This document shows positions 24,127 through 37,140 of a stretch of 64,000 bases of DNA, piece after piece. The notes beneath the pieces are model-generated. The model had not been told where the DNA came from and did not search any database. It worked only from the letters and a program-made list of their open reading frames with translations. The stretch lies in contig OZ296653.1 of the NCBI GenBank assembly GCA_965655095.1, positions 5,704,001 to 5,768,000 on the forward strand, read 5' to 3'. Source of the DNA: Haplodiscus bocki. Its lineage: Eukaryota. Position 1 is the stretch's first letter; every line of letters starts with the position of its first letter. Position numbers and translations under genes: made by a program.

Positions 24127-24409
24127 TACGGAAGAAGTTGTTGAAGCGATGAAACAAAGTTTACAGTTTACTCAAGACTCCAACGGCAGCTTTTGTTTCA
24201 AATTACATAATGGAAAACCGCGCAAACTGTCCAAACGAGATCGAACTAGCTCCACATACCTTACAAGAGACGTCGCTGCCGCTTTAGACCGTATTAACAC
24301 CTTTCCTCGTCTCAACAAACTTTATTACGTAGTCGACAAATCCCAAAGCCAACATTTTGAGAACTTGTTTTTTGTGCTGCGCAACATTCTTCAGTGGAAG
24401 CAGAAACAG
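24127..24409 (+). CDS. RARS2: RARS2-like exon
   Basis: 'TYLTRDVAAALDR...LYYVVDKSQSQHFENLF'. Phase-2 start matches the previous exon. The 3' end is tentative (CAG|GCAGGG). Confidence 0.88.
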
Positions 24410-27400
24410 GCAGGGATTGAAAATAATAATCCACTAAATAATCTACTCGATCTATTGACGTGTGATAACTATTTTCGGATAACACGTAATTTAACCAAGA
24501 TATATTTCTCCAAACTATAAAGTTATTGAGCTGGCAAACCGCGTTTTTTGTCGTATCGGTCAAAATTCGCACAATATGATAGCGGGATGGATCTAGCAAT
24601 AGTCAGGTAGTATCTCGTCTAGTGATTGATGACAATGAACTCCTGCGCTCTGTTACTACGACCATCCGTCCGGTTTTGAATCTCCTCGCGGCAAAAAACA
24701 CTTTGCTTCCGTTATTTACTTCTCAATTTTGTTGAAAAAAAAATATTTTCTTAATTGGGAGAGAGCGCTCTCTGCTTTGAGGAAGTTCGCGCAATTTTCT
24801 GAAATTTATTCAATATTTTTTAACAAGTTTATATATTGGTACCAAAATATCTATATTTTATATTCTTTTCGAAAGAGCCGAAAGTTCTCTCATCATAATT
24901 AATTGTTCTTTGCTATTTTCAGTCAATTTTTGTTTTTCCTCCTACCCAGTCATTTTTTTCGCGCTGAATTTGACGAAGTTAATACCTATTTTTTTCTGGA
25001 ATAAACCACAAGTTTTCGTGCTTTGAGTGTACTATAACTTGCCAAATTTTTGCTGTTTATTTCGCATTTTCTCTATTTTGCCCTACGAAACATCGTTTCA
25101 AAAACGCATCTAGCATAATTCGATACTAAACGTTGGATTTTGCAAAATTTCTCCAAATTTTGTAGTTTTTGTCCGAAAATTCCGTTTTTAGGGTTTTAAA
25201 GTCGGCCAGAAGTGGCCAATTTCCTTATTTTCCCAGAATTTTTTGTCCTTCTGACATCCATAAATATTGTCGCGGTAACTGGCTCAATCAATATAATAGA
25301 GAAGCGCTACAATTGGTAGATATTGCATGAAGCGCCAAATTGTTTCGCTATTGATGTTGTTCGTTGGCTTAAAATGAACGAGAAGTATCTATTTTAACTA
25401 CTTTTGCGTGATTTTCGCTCCTTTGACGTCTATGTCTACTTTTTAGCTGCAAGGTCATTAAAAACCAAAGGTAGACGACATATTATGCAATTGTCCATTA
25501 AATTTTAAATATTGCATGAAAATGGTCCTGTTTTGTTCGTTTGCCGTAAATTTCAGCTTTTCGACTGCAATAGCATCACATAGGATATAAACTCACGTGT
25601 AATGCTCTGAACAAGTTCCTTGGGCTTTTTTCTTGTAGCACAACTATTCTTCTGGCCAATAGCAAACCTTGGTGCTGCCTAGGGCGCCTATGTTTAGCAT
25701 ACCCATTGAAGATGATCTAATACCTCATGTGTAACAAACGTCTGGAATTTCATTCTTTTTTTGCAATTTTCAAAAGGAAAACTTTTTGTCAGTTTTTGTC
25801 AAAATTTCCAGAAATGTTCTCGTATAACAGAGCCCGAGAAATTTCAGTTTAAAATGGGTGTAAATCGTCGTTCAATCCGGAAATTTTCACATTTTGTGAC
25901 AGGCTTTTCCGGTATTGATAGGTACTGTTGTTCCGAACTTTCGGAAAACTGGAAGATTTTGTTTTGCCAGTTCTGACAGGCTCCGCTTCGCCTCTGTTCT
26001 GCACTTGATACCGAAAAAAGGTAATCGAGTAGCACCGTCAACCACTTTTCTGATCTGTTCAAAAGTCGCTTTGCGTGTTCTCCAATGCTCTAGTTAAAGG
26101 TTGGCGGCAAATTGACTTCTCCATCTTGATCAGTCTACTGCTTTGCTTTGGAATCGCGGCGGAAGGTTCAATGGAAAGTGAATGAAGGAGTGAACTGTCA
26201 GATGCGTATAATCGGGGAATTCTAGTGCGGCTGTTTGCTTGTTATTTGAATGTACTATCTTATTTTTTCTTGGACGTTCATCCTTTATTCTTTGGATTGT
26301 GAACATCCAGTCTCATGACACACCTTCAATATGGACTATCTACACAGTACCAGAGATATCCTATTTCATACACTTCTAGTGAACTATCACGATTCGTGCT
26401 TTGAATTTTGAAATCTTTTTGATTGCCTCTTTTTTGAAAACTGTTTTCTCAAAGAATACTGGCCGTATGGCTGCCAATCAGTGGTCATTCGAAATTCCAG
26501 AAAATGAAGGTTTTTTGGAGTACCAGGAAAATCCGGTTGCAGTCTTTTCACGCGAGTTAACCTAATTTTTAGATTGAAATTCAAATTTTGTGTTTTCAAA
26601 TCAGTCTTCCCCGAAGACTACTTGTTGGATTGAAATCCGATGCTGAGTCGAGAACCCGATTTGTTGGAATCTTTGAAGAAACATAGTTGTTCGGTTTCAT
26701 ACTTTTCTGCGAAATCCCTTGACGTAGCGCCTTTTTTGCAAATCGTTTTCTGAAAACAACTTGGATTTCGACCATCCAGATCTGCTTCGGGCACCCGTAA
26801 GGTGGAGAAGTTGTAAGGATACCGGGTTGTCTCATGTCATACCTGTCCGTTGAAATATATTGGATTATAGTTTGAAATTTTTTCAACATCGTTTTTTTTC
26901 GAAGACTGCTCGATTGCGTTGCAGCCATGCATTGCTCATTCTAAAACTCATAGTTTGAATAATCTGCGAAAAAGCAGGCATATCACGTTTCGTACTGCAC
27001 GTATGAAATATTTTCGCTTGTTATTGGTGATAGAGAATTTTCGCATGTCTTTTTCCAGAGATGTTCCGCTCGAAAACGATATGTTGGATTGCAGCTCTCT
27101 AGTGGTTGTTGAAAAGCTTGCAATTTGATGGCTTGTTGAAGAACCCGAGATATCGCGTCTCATAGTTTTTTTCATCGAAATATGGTGAGTTGTCCTACAA
27201 AATTCAAAGGATTTGATCGCGTGTTTTGAAATTGTTTTTCTCAGATTTTTGGTCGGGTTTTGGCCGTGCAGTGGTCATTCAAACACTTTGCAACGTGGAG
27301 AAATTGGTAAGTACCAGGGAAATCCCCGTTAAATTCTTACTTGCGTTTTTTTTCGAATTTGTTCACCTGGGAGAGTCTGTTAGATTGCAGGCAGCCAGTG

Positions 27401-29005
27401 CTCATTCAAACGTCGACATTGTGTAGAATCTGCCTAGAAGCCGGAGCGACACACTTTTTTCCTTCCGAGAAGTATCTCTGGACTTGTAATTGGAAAATGT
27501 TTTACTTGCGTTTTTTCGCAAAGTTGTTTTTCTCGAAGATTCGGTTCTATTGCGGCCACTCAGTGCTCCTTCAAAGTCCGGCATTATGGAGAACTTGCGA
27601 AGAAATAATTGGTTTTGGGCAAGTTTGATGCCTTGCAAGTGCACTGTTTTGACACTTGATTTTGTAAGTGGAATATTTTTAGCTCGCGTCTTTTCTTGAA
27701 GTTGTTTTTGAAAAACTAATGGTTCGATTGCAACCATCCACTGCTTAATTTGAGTCCAGATGAGGACACTTGTTTTACTACAGCTGTAAAGTTTTTTTTG
27801 TAAATTAAAGTTTGGAGAAATGAATAATCATCAGTTAATTGATACCATTTCTCACCCTTATCCCAAGTGTATGTGCGTTTGTATCACAATTTTGTGAATT
27901 TCGTTTTGAAATAAAACAGATGAAAAAATCAGGTCACTCAATCGCATTTTATTCGAAGCAAGCATTTGCAGTTTGGAAAAGGCCGGCAAACGCGACCAGT
28001 TTGAGCGTCCTTTGATGCCTGTTCTGAAACTACTAATCTCATTGTCTAAAACAGGTATGAATTTTGGAAGCGGCATTTTTTTGCAAATAATTTCACTTTT
28101 TTGTCATTATATTATCGGAAGATGAAAAGCAATTTTTCGACGAGGCAGAACTTGTTTGAGTAAAAAGATTTTCATAAAACCTGAAATCAGGAAGTCAGGT
28201 TCAACCAGTATTGTTGATTTCTGATTTTTTTGAAGGGCTTTATCGGATTTGAAGGAAATCAAAAACATTAAAGGAATCCTTTAATTTTTTATTTTTTACA
28301 GAGGCAAAAAATGTACCAACCTCTTCAAATTTGACCGTATCAGAGAACCATTATATAAACAAATTCTGCCAAAACTTTCGACTGAAGAGTTTTTAATAGC
28401 GGTGTCAACGACATTTTAGATGAGAAATTCTTGTCTGGCGTTGATTAGACATAAGAATGAAAACTGGACATTTTCAGATTTTTTAGGCTAAACAATCATT
28501 TCAATGAAAATAGTTCAAGTTTTTCTGATGAAGCTACTATAAATGTACAGGATCATTTAAGCTATCTTTCAAAAGAGCTTATCCTTGCATCATTTGGTAC
28601 AGGTATACTACATTGGATTCTTGTCCATATAGAGCCCAAATTTGTGGAAGGATCAATGTCAAGATTAGGGAATGGTTAATCCCATTCAAAATGATTTAAA
28701 AGATATGCGCTTGTTTTGAAAAAGTGACTTGTTTTAAAAACACTCTCGAAGAACAATTCAACCTCGTGCAAACAGATATCTTAAAATGAAACATCTAGTT
28801 TCTGCACTTCGATGTTAGCGCTATGTTTGCCCCTGTAATCGAGACTGAAAAACTGAAATAGTCAGGCGCAATTCCACATAATGAGAGTGTCTGGAGCGTC
28901 TGCTGAATAACAATCATAAAAGTTGTGATGTAGAATAATTGCATTGGTTACTAAAAGTTTGTTATGATTGAAAACCAGTGAAAATTTTGCAATCCCTGAA
29001 AGCAG

Positions 29006-29260
29006 CCTGAGAAGGAAGATGTGGGCAGCAGAGATTTAGGGATGGTTGATTTTGAGCACGTGAAATTTGGACGAGTGATAGGCATGAGTGCTCGGTTGAA
29101 CCGGACTGTGAGTGTTGAGAAAGTGGTGGCTGAGTGTGAGCAGAGAGTGATGCAAAAATTGGGGAGTGTTGGCACCACTAAGTCAGAGCAGAGTCAATTC
29201 AATCAAGTTGCCAAGAAACTCGCCCTGGCTGCGCTCATTGTCAACTGCTTCTCTTACAAG
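29006..29260 (+). CDS. RARS2: RARS2-like exon with KMSKS-equivalent loop
   Basis: 'EHVKFGRVIGMSAR', 'VAKKLALAALIV'. NAGNAG acceptor (29003 or 29006); AAG|gtctgt donor. Confidence 0.9.
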
Positions 29261-30430
29261 GTCTGTCAGCACATATCTCAATTAGTGCTATTTTACATTC
29301 TAATACACCTAGTCTCAAGCATGACAATCTGAGTTCGAATCAGGGGCTCATTGCTAAGATTTTGTGTTATTTCAGCCTCAAGTTTGCTTAATTTGCAAAA
29401 ATTGTCGGGAGTACAGTCTTCCTGCAGTTGAAGCGTTCTCGCGGAAATGATTCAAATTATCTGTGAAACTGAACTAATCCAATCATGTAATGAATGGTCA
29501 AGGCGCCTATGAACGAGACACGCGCAAAACGAGAATTCGATTCTTTTGGCGATGGACCAATCACGCAACGCCTTGATGGGAGAAGTTGTCTGTCTGAGTT
29601 GATCATTGCAAATAAAGTACAATAGTAATTTTAATTGAGTAAACTACCAAGAAAAAAATCAGCGTTTTTGAAGCTCGAAATCTGAGAAAATCATAAGGTT
29701 AGAAAAAGTTGTAGAAGCAAAAGCTTCCTATATTTGTGATAACTTCATGAATGAACCTTAAAAATCCCCTCAAAGCCATGGTAAGCAAATTCGACCCAAA
29801 TTTCATTCCCTTTGGAGAAGCTCGTTCTTCCAAGGTATTGATGTCTTGTTATCCCTGCTTCAAATCTTCAAAGTCTCAACCTTCAAAAAAGGAAGAAAAA
29901 CAAAGTGCGCACCGTTTTGTACGCTTTGAATCTCTCAAATTTCTGACATCTGAACTCAAAAAAGACATACCTCTTTATAACTGAAAGTATAGACAAACGC
30001 ACTTCATTTAAGTAGCGTAAACTTTTAAAGACTCCGTTCCTCAGAAACTAGTGAAAGTGAAAGATTTTGGGAGAGATTTAAAGCTCCAAAATTGCATTGG
30101 AACGTAGTTTACTATTGTTAAGGAAATGCTGGAATTTTGTCAAAATTGGGGTGTTCATAAATTTTCAACATTTGGCCGATTCGAAAACAGATAACAGCTA
30201 TTAATTCTTATGAAAAATCTGAGAAACTTTTGCTTTTACTGATTCTTCGTATGATCATTGTGCTTTAAAAAAATAAATTGCAATGTGACTCAATTTTTGC
30301 TGAGACTTGCACTTTATTAAAATTAGTACTGTACATGTAAATTTTTGGATGAATAATTTCTTGCTACTACTTTTATGAGCCTAGCTGTTGCTCAGAAATT
30401 GCTTGCGTTCTTTAGTAATTATTGATTACC

Positions 30431-30812
30431 AAATAAGACCACTAAACATGAATTTGGAAGTAGTCTCACTAAACATAAAATTATCAAGAAGTATTATGCA
30501 TAATGAGTACGGTTGTGCTAATAACAGCCGGAAAGGGATTTGAAATACTATTAGCATTGAAACCAACACCTTCGGCATCTCGATATCGTCCAATCCGACC
30601 GCTCGGTGGCCTTTATGTGTGCCCTTGCTATGCTCACTTGCCCCCATTAGTAACAATTTTTTGTTCGTAAAAGCATCCGCTGACTAAATTATAACAAAGT
30701 TAACGGATAGTACGCATGTAAATTTTAGCCAATCAGAACATTTTGTCTGTACGATATTTAATTTTTATGTTTAGTGAGATTCTTTTCAATTTTGTGTCTA
30801 CTGGTCTTATGT
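30431..30812. mobile_element. MITE-like element with ~55-bp imperfect terminal inverted repeats
   Basis: ATAAGACCA...TCTCACTAAACATAAAA (30433-30480) is the reverse complement of TTTTATGTTTAGTGAGA...TGGTCTTAT (30763-30810). Confidence 0.65.
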
Positions 30813-31259
30813 CATTTGGGAATCCACCGTAATTGTTGATTCTTATAATAATTGCAAGTACACTACCTTTGCTAACAATGTTAACGAAGCACTTAAGAGT
30901 TTTCAAACTTACAGATGTACCGCATCAGAAAACCGTTTTTACGACCGAGCTGAAGTTGCTGAAGTTTGATTTTTATCCCTGAGACTTAAAACTAACGCTT
31001 TTATCTTGTTTCTTCGTTGAATAGTTAAATCTTTTGAAATTTATCCATATTTTTTTTAGTCAGCCCTTCTCTTCAAGTAAACTTCAAGTAAAGGCCGAAT
31101 ATTGTCGTCGTTTTTTTGTAGGACGACATGACATCGAACTGATCCATTTGTAACAGAGTTCGTCAAATTGACGGCCTTCATGATACGAATTGTACCATTG
31201 CTTTCAATTTGTCAAAAATCTTAAAAATTTTGTTTTAGGCTATGTTTTTAAATTTTTTA

Positions 31260-31590
31260 ATGGCCCGCTGGATAGGGCCAAAGGCTTCCGAAGCCACAGG
31301 TCACGGGTTCAAACTCCAGTGAAGGCCTTAGGCCTTAATTTTTTAAACATTTTTTCGGAAACTATACCAAAAATCTTCGGTGCAATTTTTTTCGTGATAC
31401 CACTTCTAAAATCTACCGGGTCGACAAGTAACGGGTGCAAACCCAAGCATGAGTTATATTCTCTTATATTTTTTTAAACCAAAAAGTATACCATATTATT
31501 TTTTTTCAAATATCAAAATCAACTCCGTCCTACGAGAATTTTGAGCCATACGGGCGGCGCTGACCGTGGCCGTTCTTGGCTGGTTAAGCA
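31260..31590 (+). mobile_element. tRNA-derived SINE-like repeat, copy 2
   Basis: A-box-like TGGCCCGCTGG (31261), GGC-TTCCGAA-GCC arm and B-box GGTTCAAACTCC (~31306). The body is homologous to 17980-18272 in inverted orientation. Confidence 0.72.
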
Positions 31591-32270
31591 TCAGTCGTGT
31601 AATATGCACTTTTTTGCTTGAAAAATTCCCCGTTTGGCCTGTTCCAAATATTTCAAACTTAAAAACGATCATGTTGATTTCGCTATTTAATCCTAGCTTA
31701 CGGATTGCGTTTTGCGTTTTTTTTTTTTGAAGAAACGCAAAAGTCGAACGCAAAAAAAGTCGATTTTCTGTTGTTAACTCAATTTGCTGCTCATCTTGAA
31801 AATAGCGGTACCTTTGTTTTACTCGTTTCTGTCTTGATTTTAATCAGCTATTTTAATGTTTTAGTTTGTTTGTCAGATTTTGAGATGTGTTCGTAAGCAC
31901 TTTGGTATTTTATCTCATCTCGATGAAGGTTCAAGTGCATTCAATATAAACTCTTGTCGGAATAGCGTAAAATGTTTATTGACGGTTGTATTGGTGCAAT
32001 ACTTCCCGGTCCAAGAAAATATCGATGGTTTTTTGAAAATAAATTATACAACTAAATTGTAACTTAGTTACAATATTCACATCCTATTCTCAAATATCGG
32101 TGTTTCTTCCAATATTGTTCTGAATTTTTATAGTGTAAAGCGCGAGAAAACTGTTTTGACTATGAGTGTATGAAATGCGAACAGTATTGGTTTTATTTGG
32201 ATGTGAGAATTTTGTAACAACAAAGTGCATATATCCTTGGATGAAGTTCAATTTTGCTTTCTGTTCTCAG

Positions 32271-32496
32271 AGAATGAGTGACTACAGATATGATTGGGAT
32301 CGTGTGACGTCATTGAAAGGAGTGAGTGGAGTGTACATGTTGATGACTTATGCAAGAGTGTCTTCTTTGCTGAGAAAGGCAACAGCGGAGAAAGTCAGTG
32401 AAGACAGCGGCATTGCTTCAAATCAAGAATTATTAGTGATGGCTCACAAGACTGTAAAGAAGAATGCCGCTGCTGCATTGGGAGAAGAAATTGAAG
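32271..32496 (+). CDS. RARS2: RARS2-like exon, start of the DALR anticodon-binding domain
   Basis: ttctgttctcag acceptor; 'SDYRYDWDRVTSLKGVSGVYMLMTYARVSSLLRK'; G|gtgggt donor in phase 1. Confidence 0.9.
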
Positions 32497-33175
32497 GTGG
32501 GTTAAGTAGGACGCTAAAACAAATAACATTGAATGACCCCCAAATTGACCGTTTTCTCTTTTGTCCTCTTTCCCAGCAACAGCATTTTTACATATTTACA
32601 CAGGCAATTTTTCACAATTAAACTCAGCGTTAATTGCCGCTTTATATCAATGGTGTCTTCCTGTTAAACAGTTCATTCCATTTCTTGTCAAACTTTTCGC
32701 TACTATTTTGTGTCAGTTTTCATTGTACGCATGGAAACAAGCCCTGCTGACTATTGGTGTGACTTTTCGTTTCTCTTCGACCTGAGAAATGCCATTCTTC
32801 ATTGGTTTCCAATTGTTCCTTCACGTGGATGATTGGCAGCTTGAAACTACTCTCGCTTGCTCAGCAACACTTGAAGACAGCGCGTAACGCGTTCTAAAGC
32901 GTTCAAAACGTAACGTGACAACCATTTTTCGGCACTGTGGAACCAATTTTCTCCGCGATAATTGCTATCTTTACCACCTTTTGGGTATATCATTTTTAGA
33001 TGGCCAGAAAAAATTTGAAAGACTAGCGAGAACCAAGAATGATGCGCCGCTGTGTGACCACTTTCAGACACTCCTGAGAAATGTGATCTGACAAGAAAAT
33101 TTCGAAAAAATATGATACATTTTACCTTTTCCGACTGTTCAAAAAATAGTTTTGCTAAGAGTCTTGAAAAAAATT

Positions 33176-36100
33176 GTTGTTGTTGTTCTTGTTGAGAATT
33201 CGGAGCTATAGCCGCAGGAATCAATGCCCCAGTCGTCATTTCAAAATAATGTCCACTTGTTGCGGCACGTGGGGCAGTCGCAGGAGAGCTGCCAAGTGCA
33301 CACGTTTGATTCTGAGTATATTTCATTCACAAATTTCCACGTCAATTTTAGGAGTCTGTTCTTCAGTCTTTGCGGGTTCATGAAGTCGATATAGTCGTCC
33401 AATCGATTGATGAGTCTGCAATTTCTGAAGACGAACTCACTTTTTGCTTTCTCTGTTCGTGTCTTCCAAAGTTTGAAGATTTCATATTTTCTTCCTCTTA
33501 TTTCGATTCTCTCGGGTAGGCCGATGCTGGTTCCCATTTCTTCGTGTATGATTTTCGATAATAGCAGTATATCGTCCACTGTAGAAACATTGGTAGCAGC
33601 AGGTTGTTCAGGATTCTCAGTTTGCTTAGATAACTCATTTTCATATTCCCGGTTATCCATCTCACTGCCTTCTGGAAATTTTGTAGTAGGTGGAGATCTG
33701 CTCTTGATGCGAAAATACATGAGAAGCTGTACTTTCACTGCAACGCTTCTGCGGAAAAGGTATAGCACTTTATTGGCTTTCCTCAATCGCTCTTTGATGT
33801 GTATTTTCCAGGTTAGATTATCCGAAACATCGATTCCGAGATCTTTTACAGTCTTTGAGCGATGTAGTTTTTGATCCATGATGTTGAAATTTTGGTCACT
33901 GCCTCTAAAGGTGATTTTCGTACACTTGTCCATGGGAAGTTCCATTCTGTTCTTTTTGTCCCATTCTTCAACCCTATCCAGATCATCCTGTGTTTCCCAG
34001 TATTATTTCTTGATTGAGAGTACTTTCAAGTCGTCCGCGAAGATGAATGGCTCAGAAAAGGTTAGAACTTCCGGTACATAGTTTAAAAATATGCAGAACA
34101 GCAAAGGGCCAAGGCGTGACCCTTGGGGTACTCCGTTTGTAATGTCTGTTGTTCAGGAGCTGCAGTTGTCGATTCTAACAAACAAACTGCTTGCGTATAT
34201 CAAGGTAGTTGATCAGGACTTCAAGTAGACACCCGCCTACCCTGATTTGGGCGACCTTTTGGATGAGTTCATAATAAGGCACTTTGTCAAAAGCTTTAGA
34301 GAAGTCGATGTAGAGGGTCACAGTTTCGGAGTTTGAGTCTCTGTCCAGCGCTTCATGTATCTTTTTGAGAAAGGAAAAAATGTTCCAAAGAACTGATCTG
34401 TGCTTCACAAACCCCTTGTTGATGTTTGGTAAGATAGAAGGTGAAGTGGTTGTAGAGAGCTATATAGATGCATTTTTAAAAGATTTTGTTTTCAGTGTCC
34501 AGTGGAGAAACTGGTCTGTAGTTACCGACCTTTCGTCTTACCCCTTTTTTGTGAATTGGCGTAACTGCAGCCGTCTTCCAACTATCCGGAATTTTTCTTA
34601 ATCTTTTGATGTTCGTGAAGAGTTGGTTCAGAATTTTGATTATTTGCTGGAAATCTTCTGGAAGAACGCTGGAGGAAGGCCTTTCGGCCTACGGGATTTT
34701 GTTACATCAATCTGGTCAACTATTTTCTGGATTGTTCGCTTCGATATATCGAATTTTGTCGAAATAGGATTTTCGTTTTTGGCCGATATTGGTTATGCTG
34801 AACTACTATTTGCGACAGAAAACTGATTGGAAGAATTCATTCAGCATGTCAACTTGTTCATTGAGATTTGTGCTGCTGATGTTGCAGCTGATCATGATTT
34901 TCGATAGGCTGTGCGACTTGTTCAGGCATTTCGAGTGCTTGATGATTGCACCAGTGTACCGTGTGCTTAGCAGTTTTTCTTGGTACTCTTTCCGGGCTTG
35001 CTCTGAAGAAGCAGTTACAAGGTTCTCTAGCTTGTGAACTTGTTGCTTCCGGTAACTGGTGGGCTTTTTTCGAGCAGAGCTTTGTGCATTTTCAGCTGTT
35101 TCAGAAGATTTGATGGGTGGCTGGTAATCCTCGGTGCTATACATTGTCTGTGCCGTGTCTGTCTTGGGACATAAATCTCTATCATTTGATCGAGATACTG
35201 GTAGAATTTTTAATAATGTTCGTGTGTCAAATTGGTTGGAATGGATTGACTGCAAGGTAGTTGTTGATGACTTTATATTCCGCATTTCCAAAACTTCTGG
35301 AGTGCTGGTTTACTTTCAGTGACAGGACATTCTAACGTGGTGTGGACTGCCTCGTAGTTTGTCCAGTCGTATGTAATGGGAAAAGATAGATATTTTTCTG
35401 AAGAAAGAAAACTATTTCGGTAGAATGCTACATCTAGTATGTTCTGAGAGCAGGGCGCGAAATCGATGGCTTGTCTGAGCAGAGCTTCCTCAAATATTTC
35501 TAGGAGTGAGTTCAATTTCTCGCTAGAACTGCTGTTTGTGCTCCAGGTAGTTTCGGGGAAATTCAGGTCACCACATATTATGGCCGGCTTGCTTTTTGGA
35601 ATGTTTTCCAGGAGTTTTTGGAAATCTTCCCCTGAGTAACGCTATGCATTTCCTGTGGGGGGGGGGGGTGTGCAATAACTACTTCCGATGTATTTGGTTT
35701 TATTCTGCAAGCTACTCATGAGTCGGAAAAGCGCGTTCTGTTTTGCTCAGAATTGAGGTTGTTTTTACCAGCTATCAGTGAGTCACCGTGGAAGTTTTTA
35801 TCTCCGTCTAGTTCTGTCTTCTCGACGGATGTAGTCGTTCAGGATGAGTTCTTTTGAATTGATATTTTCTTTTGGCCTTTTTTGGCATAGACAAATCACG
35901 TTTTAGTTCGATGTCAAGACTGCATTGGAAAACTTTATTCGCCTATCTTTGCCAAAGAGACTCCTGGTGTTCATTTGGAGAATGTTGAGAAAAAACCCAG
36001 TCAGTCTGACTTGGCTCCCTCTTGCTTGATTTCCACTTTCTGTCCTTTAATGAACAATTCCAGGTTGCGGATTTTCAGCTTCTCTGCAGATACCTCTTGA

Positions 36101-37140
36101 TCCAGGAGTTCCCTCCGCCTCAGAATAATATTTTCTTTCAAAGCATCTTCTTTCGACAGAGCAGGTAATATAAACATTGCTTTTTGTTTCAACATTTCCC
36201 GATGTTCATGACTTTCTGCCAACGTCAGGCGTGCTTCATGTTCGTTTGGCAATGTTACCAGCAGCGTTCGTGGTTTCTTACGTTCGGCTTCGAATTTTCT
36301 AAGTCTTCTGAGCTCCACGATGCTCCTTTTGACTGCCATTGTGTCCAGGATATCGTTCTTTTCGGCAATTGTCGGGGCAAGATTTTATCCTTTGTCTTTA
36401 CTGGGGTCCTCTGGTAGCCCCTGAATTCGCAATCTCTGACTGATGTGATTTGTTTTTCCTTTGTTAACTTTCTGTGAGGTGTTGGTGTTGCCTATCTCCG
36501 TGGACTTCTTCACGGCGACTACGGCAGCGTATATTCTTCCCACTTTTTCACAGGTTAATTCATGGCTTCGGCGACTTTTCGATCCACTAGGTCTGTCAAT
36601 CTTTTCTCTTATGTTCTTCAACTTGTCAACCACATTAAAGGTTGATAGTTTTTTCGAGATACTCGCAGGCGCTCTGCCTCGTATGAAATTATCAAGTTCA
36701 TTGTTTTCAACGCATTTGTTGCACAATAGCATTACGTTCACTCCCAATTCTTCGATGCCATTGATGACTGCAGTTGACAATGCGGTGCATTCCGGGGTAA
36801 GATGCATGTGGCAGTTACAAGAAACGCACATGTATACGTTTTCACTACTAGGAATGGACCAACTTTGGGACCCAGTTCACTTCTGTCTCGCTCAAAATGC
36901 CGAATTCCGGTCTCGGGGTCTCGAATGAACCAAGCGTGGGGCTCAAGTATTTTTAGGGTCATTTGTTTTTCCGGAGAACCGCCCACACTCTTTTGCCGAC
37001 GCACGATAATTATCAATCTACACACTGCAAGAACAATCAGGATGATAACTCCAAATATAGAGATAATCCAAGCCGAGGTTTTACAATTTCGTCCCGTAAT
37101 TTCAGTTTTCGTTTTTTTTGGACTGTGCCAAGGAACTTAA
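33176..37140 (-). mobile_element. non-LTR retrotransposon (CR1/Jockey-group LINE), the only unit with an intact 3' end; degenerate
   Basis: ORF1 has a PHD-like finger (CVSC..H...C...LLCNKC) and 'RIQGLPE...LRRL.KF...KPRTLLVTL'. ORF2 has APE (CGDLNFP, NILDVAF) and RT (YIDFSKAFDKV, GVPQGS.LGPLLF, FADDLK, KDLGI) motifs. The 3' tail is (CAA)n at 33176-33194. Confidence 0.9.

Noticed and set aside
26150-27750. Cluster of minus-strand ORF fragments with loosely recurring W/LQ-like words
   Set aside because: No recognisable domain or consistent period. It may be a very old TE remnant but cannot be supported.
31260-31330. Functional tRNA gene
   Set aside because: No intact acceptor stem and a short anticodon stem, and it is attached to a repeated body; it fits a SINE head better.
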